DNA of 64,000 nucleotides from Eledone cirrhosa (GCA_964016885.1 OZ024765.1:10168001-10232000), one strand, 5' to 3'; positions 39,713 to 54,370 are shown, counted from the stretch's first letter. Notes: generated by a model from the sequence alone, not told the origin. Numbers and translations: made by a program.

Positions 39713-40565
39713 GGTGGTGGTGGTGGTGGTGGTGGTGATGTGATGGTGGCTGTCATCATTGTGGAGGGATAGTGATTGTGGTAGTTCTGGTGGTGGTAGT
39801 GGTGGTGGTGGTGATGGTGGTAGTGATGGTGATGTCTGTGGTGGTGATGGTGGTGGTGGTGGTGGTGATGATGGTGATGGTGGTGGTGGTGGTAGTGATG
39901 ATGGTGTCTGTGGTGGTCTGGTGATGGTGGTGGTGGTGGTAGTGATGATGGTGTCTGTGGTGGTCTGGTGGTGGTGGTGGTGGTGGTGGTGGTGGTAGTG
40001 ATGATGGTGTCTGTGGTGGTCTGGTGATGGTGGTGGTGGTGGTAGTGATGATGGTGTCTGTGGTGGTCTGGTGATGGTGGTGGTGGTGGTAGTGATGATG
40101 GTGTCTGTGGTGGTCTGGTGATGGTGGTGGTAGTGATGATGGTGTCTGTGGTGGTCTGGTGGTGGTGGTGGTGTCTGTGGTGGTCTGGTGATGGTGGTGG
40201 TGGTGGTGGTGGTAGTGATGATGGTGTCTGTGGTGGTCTGGTGGTGGTGGTGGTGGTGGTGATGATGGTGTCTGGTGGTGATGGTGGTGGTCTGGTGGTG
40301 GTGGTGATGATGATGGTGGTGGTGATGGTGGCGTTTGTGGTAGTATTGTTTGTGGTGGTGGTGGTTCTGGTGGTGGTGATGATGGTAGTGGTGGTGGTGG
40401 TGTTTGTGGTGGTGGTGGTGATGGTGGTGGTGTTTGTGGTAGTGATGATGATGGTGATGGTGGTGGTGGCGTTTGTGGTGGTGTTGTTTGTGGTTGTGGT
40501 GGTGGTGGTAATGGAGGTAAGGGAGGTAGTGGTTCTGGCAGTTCAGGTGGTGGTGTTGATGGTTA
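39713..40565. repeat. (GGT/GAT)n trinucleotide tract; similar tracts 8218-8700, 52894-53452, 58138-58650
   Basis: Visible. Confidence 0.97.
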
Positions 40566-42040
40566 GGGAAGGGTGGGGAGGGCGTCTGCAATCTAGTTAT
40601 TCTTCATGAAATGTTTTTGGTAAGTAGACGACATCTCTTAGACTGGATCTGTGGCAATGTATGTATATATGTATATAGGTAGGTACACGTGTGTGTGTAT
40701 ATATGTATGTAATGTGTGTGTGTATATATATATACACACATATCCATATCCATATATATATATACACACATATCCATATCCATATATATATATATATACA
40801 CACACTCACACATCCATATATATATATATATATATATATACGTACACACCCCTATCCATATATATACATATACACACATATCCATATCCATATATATACA
40901 TATACACACACATCCATATATATATATATCTATATACATATACATACACACACACATCCATATCCATATATATATATACATATACATACACACACACCTC
41001 CATATCTATATATGTACATACACACACATCCATATCTATATATATACATACACACACACATCCATATCTATATATGTACATACACACACACATCCATATC
41101 TATATATACATATATACATACACACACACATCCATATCTATATATGTACATACACACACACATCCATATCTATATATATATACATATACATACACACACA
41201 CATCCATATCTATATATGTACATACACACACACATCCATATCTATCTATATATATATATACACACACACATCCATATCCATATATATACGTATACACACA
41301 TCCATATCTATCTATATATATACATATACACACATCCATATCTATATATATACATACACACACACATCCATATCCATATATATATATATACATATACATA
41401 CACACACACACATCCATATCTATATATATGTACATACACACACACATCCATATCTATCTATCTCTATATATATATATAAACCCATGTAATTACTACACCA
41501 TTTCATTAGTCATTGTTTACCCAACATCAACAGACCAACGAATTCTATTTGGTTTGTATATCTTTTGGTTTTACTTTTTAAAATACTCAATAATTGTTTC
41601 TACTTTTGGCACAAGGCCAGCAATTACCCCAGTACATTACTGGTACTTTATTTTATCGACCTCCGTAAGGATGAAAGGCAAAGTTGACCTCGGCGGGATT
41701 TGAACTCAGACCATAAAGAGCCGTAACTCTATACTGCAAAGCATGGCGTCCGACCCTCTACCAATACTGCCAATCCACCACCCTTAATACTTAATAATAT
41801 TTTGTTAGAAGTAATAATGTGGTTTGTGTTTAATAATGTGGTTTATGTTTAATAATTGTTTCTACTTTAGGCACAAGGCCAGCAATTACCTAGTGCATTA
41901 CTGGTACTTTATGTTTAATAATGTGGTTTATGTTTAATAATGTTGTTGGTATTAATATTATGGTTTTCTGTAATAATGTTTGTGTTTAATAATATCTTTA
42001 ATAGTAATAGAAATAGAAGCTTCGGTGTAATATTTCAACT

Positions 42041-42077
<37 letters not shown>

Positions 42078-43203
42078 TTTACGTACGCTTTTCCCTGCTT
42101 GCAAGGGTTGGACGGGTCCTATTCAGCACAGCATCTCTCCACTTGTCACGGTCCTTCGTCATCTCCTCGGGGAGTTTCTGCGATCTGAGGTCTGCTCTCA
42201 CCACCTCCGGCCATGTTTTACTCAAATAATGGGAGCAGACAAATCTCAGCTCTTAGACCGGCTTGTTGTCTGGAACATAAGTCTACCAATCATCTCCAAC
42301 TCTGTCAGTCTTCAGCAGCAGCTCGTTGACATCTGTGACAAGTGATATCGATGGTTTGTAGATCGTTTTTGGAATGTTCACTACCAGGTCATCTTCAGTC
42401 GGCCTGTTTTCTGCTAGCCTTCGAAGGAGAGTCCACAACATCACTGTTTTTTGACGGGTGGTGTTCTGGGAGGCACAGATTGTGACCCTCAAAATGGAAC
42501 TGACACTCTATGATGATCTCCTGCAGTGTATGCGACCCTGATCCCTTCAGAGTATCTTCCTTTATGACCCAATCTCGTTAGTTTAGCTTTAGAATTTTAC
42601 GTAGGTACGTGTTTAGATGCTTATCCCCCTTGGTAGCATGCTTCCATGTTTCAGAGGCATAAATAGCTGTGGGAAGTACAATGGTACAATGCTGGTGTAC
42701 AAGGGCAGCTTGATTTAACCCTTTAGCATTCACATAACTCTATATATACTATTATATTTTCATGGTAAAGGCTTTACCTCACATAATATCTTACATAATA
42801 TCGAATGTATGAGATTTTGAAAGTATTTATTTTGAGATAACAATACTTTGAGATAACAATACCTTAACATCAGTTTGAGCAACCAGTTACAGCCAGTTTC
42901 AACAGAAAGAGGTGGAGAATTCTGGCCAGTTTTGGCCGGTTTGAACATTAAAGGCTGTGTTTGACCAAATCAAGTGCATCCATTGGAACACAGTCACCTT
43001 TCCAACCCTGCAGTTGATGTCCAGCTAGATGTCGCCACTGTTGCTCAGCATGCTTCCAAGGTATGGGAAAAAAATGGGTATATTTAGTCAGTATTTTTAG
43101 TCACAATATAACAGTGAAGCTTCTATTTCTATTTCAAATTTCGCTCGCAGCATTCCAAACATACTTCTTATGTCAATATTTCTTCATCTCTTCAGTTAAC
43201 AAC

Positions 43204-45875
43204 ATGGCCCTTAAACCATCCATCTCAACTATTTTCTTCATTGGATGTCTCCTGGTACTCACTGTCCAGGCCGACCATCTTCTCAGACCAATTGTAAGTT
43301 TTATTTTGATTTTCTATCATCCTCCTCCTCTTTATTATTATTATTGCACATCATTACTGCATTACTGAGCACAGCTCTGTGTGCCTTGGGTATGTGCAGT
43401 ATAGTTTTTGCTGATGTTGTTTCTATTGTATTGATAGTACTTTTCGTAATATGTGTGCAGTGCCTAGAAGTACTATCTTTTGTATGCTGTATATATTTGT
43501 AAGTCCTGTGGTACTCTATATAATATATATACAGTACCTAGTAGTGCTATCTTTTGTATGCTGTATATATTTGTAAGTCCTATGGTACTCTATAATATAT
43601 ATACAGTACCTAGTAGTGTTATCTTCTGTATGCTGTATAAATTTGTAAGTCCTGGGGTTTTGGTCATGTATTTGTCTGTGTTTTTTTTATCATTCCTAGA
43701 GCACCTATTATTATAGTTATTGTTTCTATATTATTACTATTATTATTATTATTTCCAATATTATTTTTATTGCGCATCATTACTGCTTTACTGAGTACAG
43801 CTCTAATGAAATAATTGTTTCTACTTTTTTGGCACAAGGCCAGCAATTACCCAGTATATTACTGGTACTTTATTTTATCGACCCCGTAAGAATGAAAGGC
43901 AAAGTTAACCTCGGCGGGATTTGAACTCAGAATGGCAAGGGCCGTAACTCTATGCATCAAAGCATGGCGTCCGACCCTCTACCGATGAATACTTTTAGTA
44001 AATCACTCCAACATAATTTTATATAAGAACCTTACATTAAATTACTATCTTAGTAATGTAATAATTAATAATTTTAGTAAATTCTTCGAAATTCTTATTG
44101 ATTAATTAAAATAGAGTGCATTTCATTAGAAATGTAGTCATGAAAGGGTTAAAAAACAACACCCGTTCAAAAGAAACACTCATACACACACACACACACA
44201 CTCAACAAAACTCCCTCCTAAAAAATACATCTCTTTTGTCTCTCTTATTTAGGGGCCCTGTGCTCTGAAGGCCTGTGTAGAGGACCCTGTCAAGTATTTT
44301 GAACTAAATAGCGACTATTATGTCATGAAGACCTGTACCAATGGAATGTTCTATAACCCCCTTAACTGTGGATGTTCCTACTACTGTAAGTTGACCCTTT
44401 ATTCTTTCATTTGTCACCTGTCAACTCTCACTGTGTTCCCCTGTCTGTCACCCAGCAGGGGCTTTTTAGAAAAACTCAGTCTCAGTGACCTCGGCAAATC
44501 TTAAAAGATGGTGGACAGGGTTGTACACATACACACATACACATATGTATGAACATGTACACATACATACATACATATGTGTGTATGTATGTACATATGT
44601 GACGGTGCATGGCTTAGTGGTTAGAGCATTGGACTTGCAATCAAAAGGTTGTGAGTTCAATTCTCAGACCAGGTGGTGTGTTGTGTCCTTGAGCAAGACA
44701 CTTTATTTCATGTTGCTCCAGTTTACTCAGCTGTAGAAATGAGTTGTGATGTCACTGGTGTCAAGCTGTATCAGCCATTGCCTTTCCCTTGGACAACATA
44801 TATAGTGTATATATATTGTAAATAGTGTGTATATAGTGTATATATATATATAGTGTATATATACTGTACATAGTGTGTATATAATGTATATATAGTGTAT
44901 ATATACTGAACATAGTGTATATATTACTGTAATAGTTGTTTCTACTTTTGGCACAAGGCCAGCAATTATCCCAGTGTATTACTGGTACTTTATTTTATCG
45001 ACCCCGTAAGGATGAAAGGCAAAGTTAACCTCGGCGGGATTTGATCTCAGTCCGTAAAGGGACGTAACTGTGCTGCAAAGCATGGCGTCCGACCCTCTAC
45101 CGTTACTGCAAATCCACCGCCCTTATATATTACTGTAATAGTGTGTATATAATGTATATATACTGTAATAGTGAGTATATAATGTTTATAGTGTATATAT
45201 ACTGTGATAGTGTGTATATAGTGTATATATACTGTGATAGTGTGTATATAATGTTTATATATAGTGTATATATACTGTGATAGTGTATATATAATGTCCG
45301 TGTGATGTGTATGTGTTTGTGATATTATGTGTGTATGTATGAACATGTGGTGTGTGTGTGTGTCTGTAATAAATGTATATATGTGTGTTTGTATGTGTGT
45401 GGTGTGTGTATGTGTGATGTATATATGTTTAGTATAAAATGTGTGTTGTATATAGTGTGTATGTGTGTGGTGTATACATGTGTGTAGTTTATAATGTATA
45501 TATGGGTGTGTGGTGTGCGTATGACCCCTTCATATCAACATTAACCCTTTAGTATTTACATTACTCTATATATACTGTTGTGTTTTCACAGTAAACACTT
45601 CATCTTACATAATTATCTCATATAATATCGAATCTATTATTTATTTTGAGAACAATACTGTAACATCAGTATGAGTGACCAGTTACAGCTGGTTTGAACA
45701 GAAAGAGGTGAGAGAATTCTGGCTGGATGTGGCCAGTTTAAATGCTACAGGGTTAAGCTCCACTAATTTCATTATTACTTTTGCAGATTCCGGTTTCCTT
45801 AAGAATGTCGGTTACTACAACTACGTCGACCTTCTCAGGAGACTAAGATACATGACCCCTGTCTATAAACACTAA
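43204..45875 (+). CDS. Secreted 103-aa Tyr-rich protein with degenerate chitin-binding type-2 (CBM14/peritrophin-A-like) motif; exons 43204-43293, 44253-44385, 45787-45875
   Basis: Spliced: MALKPSISTIFFIGCLLVLTVQA-DHLLRPIGPCALKACVEDPVKYFELNSDYYVMKTCTNGMFYNPLNCGCSYYYSGFLKNVGYYNYVDLLRRLRYMTPVYKH*. GTAAGT donors, pyrimidine-rich acceptors, phases 0 and 1, AATAAA near 46493. Confidence 0.85.
43330..43805 (-). mobile_element. 3' end of an RLE-type (R4/Dong-like) non-LTR retrotransposon in intron 1 of the secreted-protein gene
   Basis: Minus strand IIIGALGMIKKT...IQKIVLLGTAHILRKVLS, with local duplications. Confidence 0.65.
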
Positions 45876-45896
45876 ACTATCTGATCTTCTCCTCTC

Positions 45897-46385
45897 TTCC
45901 CTGATCTGTCCATGAATTCAACAAAAAAGTATTGGTTATCCACATTACATTGATGAACAAGATCTATTTAACATCTACTCGCATTGACGAAAATTCTTCC
46001 TCTAAACCTTACCTGATCTGTCCATGGATTCAACAAAAAAGTATTGGTTATCCACATTACATTGATGAACAAGATCTATTTAACATCTACTCGCATTGAC
46101 GAAAATTCTTCCTCTAAAGCTTCCCTGATCTGTCCATGAATTCAACAAAAAAGTATTGGTTATCCACATTACATTGATGAACAAGATCTATTTAACATCT
46201 ACTCGCATTGACGAAAATTCTTCCTCTAAACCTTACCTGATCTGTCCATGGATTCAATCAGAAAATAATGGCTATTGATATTACAAATACATTGATCTTT
46301 TCAGAAGAATGAGATGTATATAACACCTCTCTATATTGACTTAAAATTCCGTTTCCAATCTTCCCTATTTTGTCCACGGATTAAA
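45897..46385 (+). repeat. 112-bp tandem repeat (3 near-perfect copies plus 1 diverged) in the 3' UTR of the secreted-protein gene
   Basis: cctgatctgtccatg recurs at 112-nt spacing. Confidence 0.92.
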
Positions 46386-46589
46386 CCACACAAGAACTTA
46401 CTCTCAACAATTTCAATATCAATTTTCTTTTGTTGTTCCTTTTGTTCTTGTTTTTTTTTTTACTTTTGTTTTCTTTTTTAAATGTCAAATGAAATAAAAT
46501 AAAAAATTAAAATAACATAAATGTTTTGTTATTTCTCTCTCTCTCTCTTTCTTTCTCTCTCTCTCTCTCTCTCTCTCCTGTTCTGTAAT

Positions 46590-47245
46590 CACAACAAAAA
46601 GCACCCAGTACTCACAGTAAAGTGGTCATGTAGGTGTCACAACAAAAAGCCCCCAGTACTCACAGTAAAGTGGTCGTGTAGGTGTCACAACAAAAAGCAC
46701 CCAGTACTCACAGTAAAGTGGTCGTGTAGGTGTCACAACAAAAAGCACCCAGTACTCACAGTAAAGTGGTCGTGTAGGTGTCACAACAAAAAGCACCCAG
46801 TACTCACAGTAAAGTGGTCGTGTAGGTGTCACAACAAAAAGCACCCAGTACTCACAGTAAAGTGGTCGTGTAGGTGTCACAACAAAAAGCACCCAGTACT
46901 CACAGTAAAGTGGTCGTGTAGGTGTCACAACAAAAGGCACCCAGTACTCACAGTAAAGTGGTCGTGTAGGTGTCACAACAAAAAGCACCCAGTACTCACA
47001 GTAAAGTGGTCGTGTAGGTGTCACAACAAAAAGCACCCAGTACTCACAGTAAAGTGGTCGTGTAGGTGTCACAACAAAAAGCACCCAGTACTCACAGTAA
47101 AGTGGTCGTGTAGGTGTCACAACAAAAAGCACCCAGTACTCACAGTAAAGTGGTCGTGTAGGTGTCACAAGAAAAAGCCCCCAGTACTCACAGTAAAGTG
47201 GTCGTGTAGGTGTCACAACAAAAAGCACCCAGTACTCACTGTCAA
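46590..47245. repeat. 48-bp tandem repeat, ~13.5 copies, inside a SINE 3' region; a diverged array of the same unit lies at 23380-23750
   Basis: CACAACAAAAAGCACCCAGTACTCACAGTAAAGTGGTCGTGTAGGTGT. Confidence 0.95.
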
Positions 47246-47639
47246 TGTGGTTGGCATTAGGAAAGGCATCCATCCATAGAAATCTAGCCAGAAACAGTTC
47301 TATATGAGCAGGATACGGTCACCTGACCCAACTTACTTCTAATGGGACAAAATGGACATTAAATGATTATTATTATTATTATTATTATTATTAATATAAA
47401 CAGTGGATTGGCAGTATCGGTAGAGGGCCGGACGCCATGCTTTGACGCATAGAGTTATGGCCCTTGCCATTCTGAGTTCAAATCCCACCGAGGTTAACTT
47501 TGCCTTTCATCCTTAGGGGGTCGATAAAATAAAAGTACCAGTAATACACTGGGTAATTTGCTGGCCTTGTGCCAAATGTAGAAACAATTATTATTATTAT
47601 TAATATTATCCTACTCCTCCTTCTGCTTTGCCCACTTAT

Positions 47640-48800
47640 TCCTTAGAGAGTCCTGTCAGAAGCAACCGTCTCCAATTGATCTGACTGGATCCCCAAGCGA
47701 GACCAGCCAAGCTCATGGATGTTATCCAACCATCTTGCTCAGGGTCTACCCCTGGGTCTCCTGCCAGTTGGCTTTGCCAGTAAAATCTGTCCAGTGATTC
47801 TTTCCTGAGACATTCTAACCACATGTCCATAGTATCAGAGCTGTGATCTCACAATTCGGAGAAGTAGCAACTCTACCTGGAGTGACTCTCTCATCTCCAA
47901 GCTACAAATATCTCCAGCAATTCTTTCCTGAGACATTCTAACCACATGTCCATAGTATCAGAGCTGTGATCTCTCAATTCAGAGAAATAGCAGTTCTACC
48001 TGAAGTGACTCTCTGATCTCTGAGCTACAAATATGTCCAGTGATTCTTTCCTGTGACATTCTAACCACATGTCCATAGTATCAGAGCTGTGATCTCTCAA
48101 TTCAGAGAAGTAGCAGCTCTACCTGGAGTGACTCTCTCATCTCTGAGCTACAAATATCTCCAGCAATTCTTTCCTGAGACATTCTAACCACATGTCCATA
48201 GTATCAGAGCTGTGATCTCTCAATTCAGAGAAGTAGCATCTCTACCTGGAGTGACTCTCTCATCTCCAAGCTACACACTCTATCGAGTAATGTTACTCCA
48301 AAGACTCTTCAGAGGAACCCCATTTCAGCCACTTGTATTTGCAATCATATTCTTTCAGTCATAATAATAATAAAAATAATAATGAAAATATTGTGTACAG
48401 TGCTCAGGTGCACTACAACTCATCAAAAGTGTATGTATAGTACATATGGTAATGTACAAACGTCAGGAAAATGAACAGTGCAGTAAAGGGTGGCACAAAC
48501 TCCAAATTGAAAATAACAAGTTTGACTTTTGCACCTACCTCCCTTCTTCTAATCACTGAATGCTGAAGCTGGCGCATTACTGCATCAACACCTGCAATTC
48601 TTCCACTTAATTCAGCCTCTTGCCTTCCATTACTTGTAAACATGGCCCCGAGATACTTGAATTTCACCTGCTTCAGTGGAACTCCATTCACACACAGGCT
48701 TTCTTAAGAGAATAAGTGTCTCAGTTATCGCAACACTGATTTTCATTCCAGCCATGCAGCACTTGGCAACAAACCTATCAAGTGCAGGTCAGATATCACT
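47640..48800 (-). mobile_element. Degenerate RTE-type LINE ORF2 3' fragment with an internal ~123-bp x4 tandem duplication (47790-48275)
   Basis: NGVPLKQVKFKYLGAMFTSNGRQEAEL..RI and YYGHVVRM motifs; stops and frameshifts. Confidence 0.8.
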
Positions 48801-50759
48801 ATCAAATGAGTTAACCCTTTAGCATTCACATTACTCTATATATACTATTATATTTTCATGGTAAAGGCTTTACCTTGCATAATTATCTCACATAATATCT
48901 CACATAACATTCACATTTCTCTATATATACTATATATTCATGGTAAAGGCTTTACCTCACATAATATCGAATCTATGAGATTTTGAAAGTATTTATTTTG
49001 AGAACAATACCTTAACATCAGTTTGAGTGACCAATTACAGCCAATTTCAACAGGAAAAGTAGAGAATTCTGGCCGGTTTGAACATTAAAGGGTTAAGTAA
49101 TACAGTGTCAGTTGAGAACTACGTGGAAAAAAGTTCTTCTACCTCTGTTGCCAACAAAACAATTCTATCTCAGAATGAAGAGTAGATTCAAGGCTCTTGC
49201 TTGAATATTCAGAGACCTACAAAAGCTCTACAATGCCCACCCACTTCTCCCAATTATACGACATAAATAATTTAACGCTTTAGCATTTACACTACTCTAC
49301 AGATATTATTATATTTACTATTATATTTTCACAGTAAAAGCTTTACCTCACATAATTATCTCTCATAGTATCAAATCTGAGATTTTGATGTTATTTATTT
49401 TGAGAACAACACCTTAACATCAGTATGAGTGGCCAGTTACAGCTGGTTTGTACAGAAAGAGGTGAGAGAATTCTGCCGGATATGGCCGGTTTAAATGCTA
49501 AAGGGTTAAATTAACAGTTTCGCAAGCTGACAAATTTATGTGTTGTTTGTTTTATCACACACACACATCATACCAGCAGAAACCATGATCCTTTAAGGTT
49601 CAATAATGTATCTCTCTAAGGACTGTGCCCTAAGTGGCCTTAACCCTTTAGCATTTAAACCAGCCATATCCGGCCAGAATTCTCTCACCTCTTTCTGTTC
49701 AAACTGGCCATAACTGACTGCTCATACTAATGTTAACGTATTGTTCTCAAAATAAATAACATATAAATCTCATAGATTCGATATTATGTGAGGTAAAGCC
49801 TTTACCACGAAAATACAATAGTATATATAATAATGAAATTATTGTGTAAAGTGCTCAGGTGCACTACAACTCGTCAAAGGTGTATGTATAGTACATAGAA
49901 TAATACACAAATGTCAGGGAAGTACATGTGTGTATGTGTTAGCTGCAGTGTTGGCGGATCTCGGGAAGCATGGAGGCCTTAAAGGATGCAGTGTCTCGAC
50001 ATCTAACAACTGATGCAGGTAGTTTGTTCCATGCTTCAGCAACTCTGAGCGTGAAAAAATGTTTCCGAAAGTCATGGGAACTGTTAAATGCTAAAGGGTT
50101 AATGGTAGCACCAACCCTGTATAAAACTATGATACTTTAAGATTCAGTTATGCAACTCTCTGGGGTTTGTGCCCGAGATGGCTGCCTGGTTGACCTTAAT
50201 GGTAGCTTCGGTCCTATTGCCGTCATAACTGATGGCATGAGTCCACTTCCATGTGTCAGTAATCGGCATAAATTATAGGGTTTCTCTTATGTAAACAATT
50301 AATTTATCAAATACGTGTGTGTAGGGAACCAACTCAGGGTTAAAGTCTGTCTCAAGCCTGGAGGTTCATCAGACCAGTGCTTATCCTGGTTTACATGGCA
50401 TGAAGCAACTTGGTGTATAAGAATTACTCCTGGGCAGGACACCAGTCCATCTCAGGCTTAAACCTCCAGCTATTACTGGTACTCATTTTCAGCTGTGTAT
50501 ACTGGAGCAATGTGAGATGGTGTATTTTGCTCAAGAACACATCACAGCAGCCAGTCCAGGAATTGAACCCACTACATTATGATCATAAGTCCAACACACT
50601 TACCACTAGGCCACACACCTTCATTCATGATCATCTTCATTTAACATTCCTTTTCTCATCTAGCAAGGGTTGGATGGGTTGTTACACACCATGTCAGTAT
50701 TTAATCAGAACCCTTACTGTCTCACATCAGCCTGGGTATCACATCTCTTACATATGTTC

Positions 50760-51200
50760 CCACACTTTACAGAATGTACTGGGTGTATTTTATTGTCGCA
50801 CCAGCACTAGGGAGGTTGTCCTGTCTTTGATACAACTAAGGGGTCCTCTCAACCCTTTGTCACTTTACAGAATGTACTAGGTGCATTTTATTGTCGCACC
50901 AGCACTAGGGAGTTTGTCCTGTCTTTGATACAACTAAGGGGTCCTCTCAACCCTTTGTCACTTTACAGAATGTACTAGGTGCATTTTATTGTCGCACCAG
51001 CATTAGGGAGGTTGTCATGTCCTTGACACAACTAAGGGGTTCTCCCAACCCTTTGTTTGGCAAGCTTTCTGCGGCTCGATGCCCTTCCTAACAACAACCA
51101 CTTTACAGAGTGTACTGGGTGCTTTTGTCGTGTAGATCACCAACACTAAAGAGGTTGATGTGTCTTTGACACAACTAAAGAGCCCTCTCAACTCTTTTAG
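50760..51200. repeat. ~100-bp tandem repeat, ~3-4 diverging copies
   Basis: cactttacagaatgtact...caactaagggg repeated. Confidence 0.85.
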
Positions 51201-51933
51201 GCATGGTTTCTACAGTGGAGTGCCTTTCCTGTCGCCATCCACCTAGTTTGTATGATTTTTTTCATTATGGCCATCTATATTGACGATACTGGGCCACTTC
51301 TTTGTCAGTAATCATCATCATCATCATTCTTCGACTTCTATCGAGATGATGGATCTCACTCTCATGCCCCAGAATTCCCTGTCCCCCATCGCTGCCCCCA
51401 GGCCCCGTCTACTGATTCCCGTATCCCTAGAGATCATTATGATCAGAAACAGGACAAGGGGAAAGCAGGGGCTGGACCTATATCAACAGTAATCAACATA
51501 AACTATAGAGTTTCTCTCAGGCAAACCATTAATTTATGAAAATCAAATTCATTATTGACGGCACTGGTACACAAGTGAAACTATAAAATAATAATGGTTT
51601 CTACTTTAGGCACAAGGCCAGCAATTATTCCAGTGTATTACTGGTACTTTATTTTATCGACCCCGTAAGGATGAAAGGCAAAGTTAACCTCGGCGGGATT
51701 TGAACTCAGACCGTAAAGGGACATAACTCTATGCTGGAAAGTATGGCGTCCGACCCTCTACCGATACTGCCAATCCACCGCCCTTATAGTGAAACTATAA
51801 AATAATAACGGTTTCTTATTTAGGCACAAGGCCAGCAATTTGGGGGAGGAGAAAGTCGATTAAATTGACCCCAGTGCGTGACTGGTACTTTATTTTATTG
51901 ACCCCGTAAGGATGAAAGGTAAAGTTAACCTCA

Positions 51934-52597
51934 GTATAAAATAGAGTACCAGTAATACACTGGGATAATTGCTGGCCTTGTGCCAAAAGTAGAAACAATT
52001 ATTATTATTATTATTTCATCCTTACGGGGTCGATAAAATAGAGTACCAGTAATGCACTGGGGTAATTGCTGGCCTTGTGACAAAAGTAGAAACAATTATT
52101 ATTATTATTATTTCATCCTTACGGGGTCGATAAAATAGAGTACCAGTAATACACTGGGATAATTGCTGGCCTTGTGCCAAAAGTAGAAACAATTATTATT
52201 ATTATTATTTCATCCTTACGGGGTCGATAAAATAGAGTACCAGTAATACACTGGGATAATTGCTGGCCTTGTGCCAAAAGTAGAAACAATTATTATTATT
52301 ATTATTTCATCCTTACGGGGTCGATAAAATAGAGTACCAGTAATACACTGGGATAATTGCTGGCCTTGTGCCAAAAGTAGAAACAATTATTATTATTATT
52401 ATTTCACCCTTACGGGGTCGATAAAATAGAGTACCAGTAATACACTGGGATAATTGCTGGCCTTGTGCCAAAAGTAGAAACAATTATTATTATTATTATT
52501 TCACCCTTACGGGGTCGATAAAATAGAGTACCAGTAATACACTGGGATAATTGCTGGCCTTGTGTCAAAAGTAGAAACAATTATTATTATTATTATC
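51934..52597 (+). repeat. ~97-100-bp tandem array (~6.5 copies) of the SINE family A 3' half plus (ATT)n tail
   Basis: TTTCATCCTTACGGGGTCGATAAAATAGAGTACC...AGAAACAATTATTATT repeated. Confidence 0.95.
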
Positions 52598-53829
52598 AAA
52601 CGGCAGTGGATTGACAGTATCGGTAGAGTGTCGGACACCATGCTTTGCAGCATAGAGTTATGGCCCTTTGCAGTCTGAGTTCAAATCCCGCCGAGGTTAA
52701 CTCTGCCTTTCATCCTTAAGGGGTCGATAAAATAAAGTACCAGTAACACACTGGGGTCGATTTAATAAACTTCCCCCTCCCCCAAATTACTGGCCTTGTG
52801 CCTATACTAGAAATCATTATTATCATCATCATCGTTATCATCATAATCACCATCACCATCATCATCATTTAACGCCCATTTTCCCTGGTGTTTGTGGTGG
52901 TGGTGGTGGTGGTGGTGGTGGTAGTGGTGGTGGTGGTGAGGGTAGTGGCGGTGGTGGTGGTGGTGGTGGTGGTGGTGGTAGTGGTGGTGGTGGTGAGGGT
53001 AGTGGCAGTGGTGGTGGTGGTGGTGGTGGTGGTAGTGGTGGTAGGTGGTAGGTGGTAGGTGGTAGTGGTGGTGGTAGTGGTAGTGGTGGTGGTGAGGGTA
53101 GGTGGTGGTGGTGGTGAGGGTAGTGGTGGTTGTAGTGGTGATAGGTGGTGGTGGTGGTGAGGGTAGTGGTGGTGGTGGTGATAGGTGGTGGTGGTAGGTG
53201 AGGGTAGTGGCGGTGGTGGTGGTGATGGTGGTGGTGGTGGTGAGGGTAGTGGCGGTGGTGGTGATAGATGGTGGTGGTGGTGATAGGTGGTGGTGCTGGT
53301 GAGGGTGGTGGTGGTGATAGGTGGTGGTGGTGGTAGTGGTGGTGGTGGTGGTGGTGGTAGGGGGCAGTGGAGGTGGTGGTAGTAGGTGGTAGTTGTGGTG
53401 GTAGGGGCAGGTGGAGGCAGTGGTAGTGACGGTGGCAGTGGTGGCGGTGGTGGGTGGCTATTATTTAGCCCTGGGCCAGCCCTGATCAGACAAGTCTACG
53501 ATCAAAGACATTCCAACTGTGAACATCTTGTCTATCACATTTTTTGTTTTGTCCCCACCCACCTCACCCTCAGCCCCTATACACAGTTGTAATTTCTTTC
53601 TTGTCAAGATTATTTCTAACATTAATTCATCACCCCAAGGGACCCCAAGGTGATATGAGTGACAGGGGACATTCTCTAGTCAGTCTTGTCAGTTCTATTA
53701 ATGTGGAAGAAAGAATCATGAGTTCAATAGCCATACACCACATTACCTCTGAATTTTTCCCCCAACCACTGAGCAGAACTTTTTGATGCTTTGAGCAAAA
53801 ATATCTTAAGTTCAAAACTAGTGAACAGC

Positions 53830-53836
53830 AACATTT

Positions 53837-53894
<58 letters not shown>

Positions 53895-53967
53895 CCATTT
53901 TCTTTCTCTCTCTCTCTCTCAGCACCATTTTCTTTCTTTCTCTCTCTCTCTCTCTCTCTCAGCACCA

Positions 53968-54028
<61 letters not shown>

Positions 54029-54031
54029 CCA

Positions 54032-54082
<51 letters not shown>

Positions 54083-54268
54083 CCATTTTCTTTCTCTCTC
54101 TCAGCACCATTTTCTCTCTCTCTCTCTCTCTCAACACCATTTTTTTTCTCTCCTCTCTCAGCACCATTTTCTTTCTTTCTCTCTCTAACACCATTTTCTT
54201 TCTCTCTCTCTCTCAGCACCATTTTCTTTCTCTCTCTCTCTCTCTCTCTCTCAGCACCATTTTCTCTC

Positions 54269-54299
<31 letters not shown>

Positions 54300-54336
54300 C
54301 AGCACCATTTTCTCTCTCTCTCTCTCTCTCCCTCTC

Positions 54337-54370
<34 letters not shown>

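Noticed and set aside
39599-40609. His/Pro/Thr-rich or Gly/Val-rich ORFs (also 8191-8496, 58086-58736) as His-rich structural proteins
   Set aside because: (GGT/GAT)n microsatellites without signal peptide or splice support.
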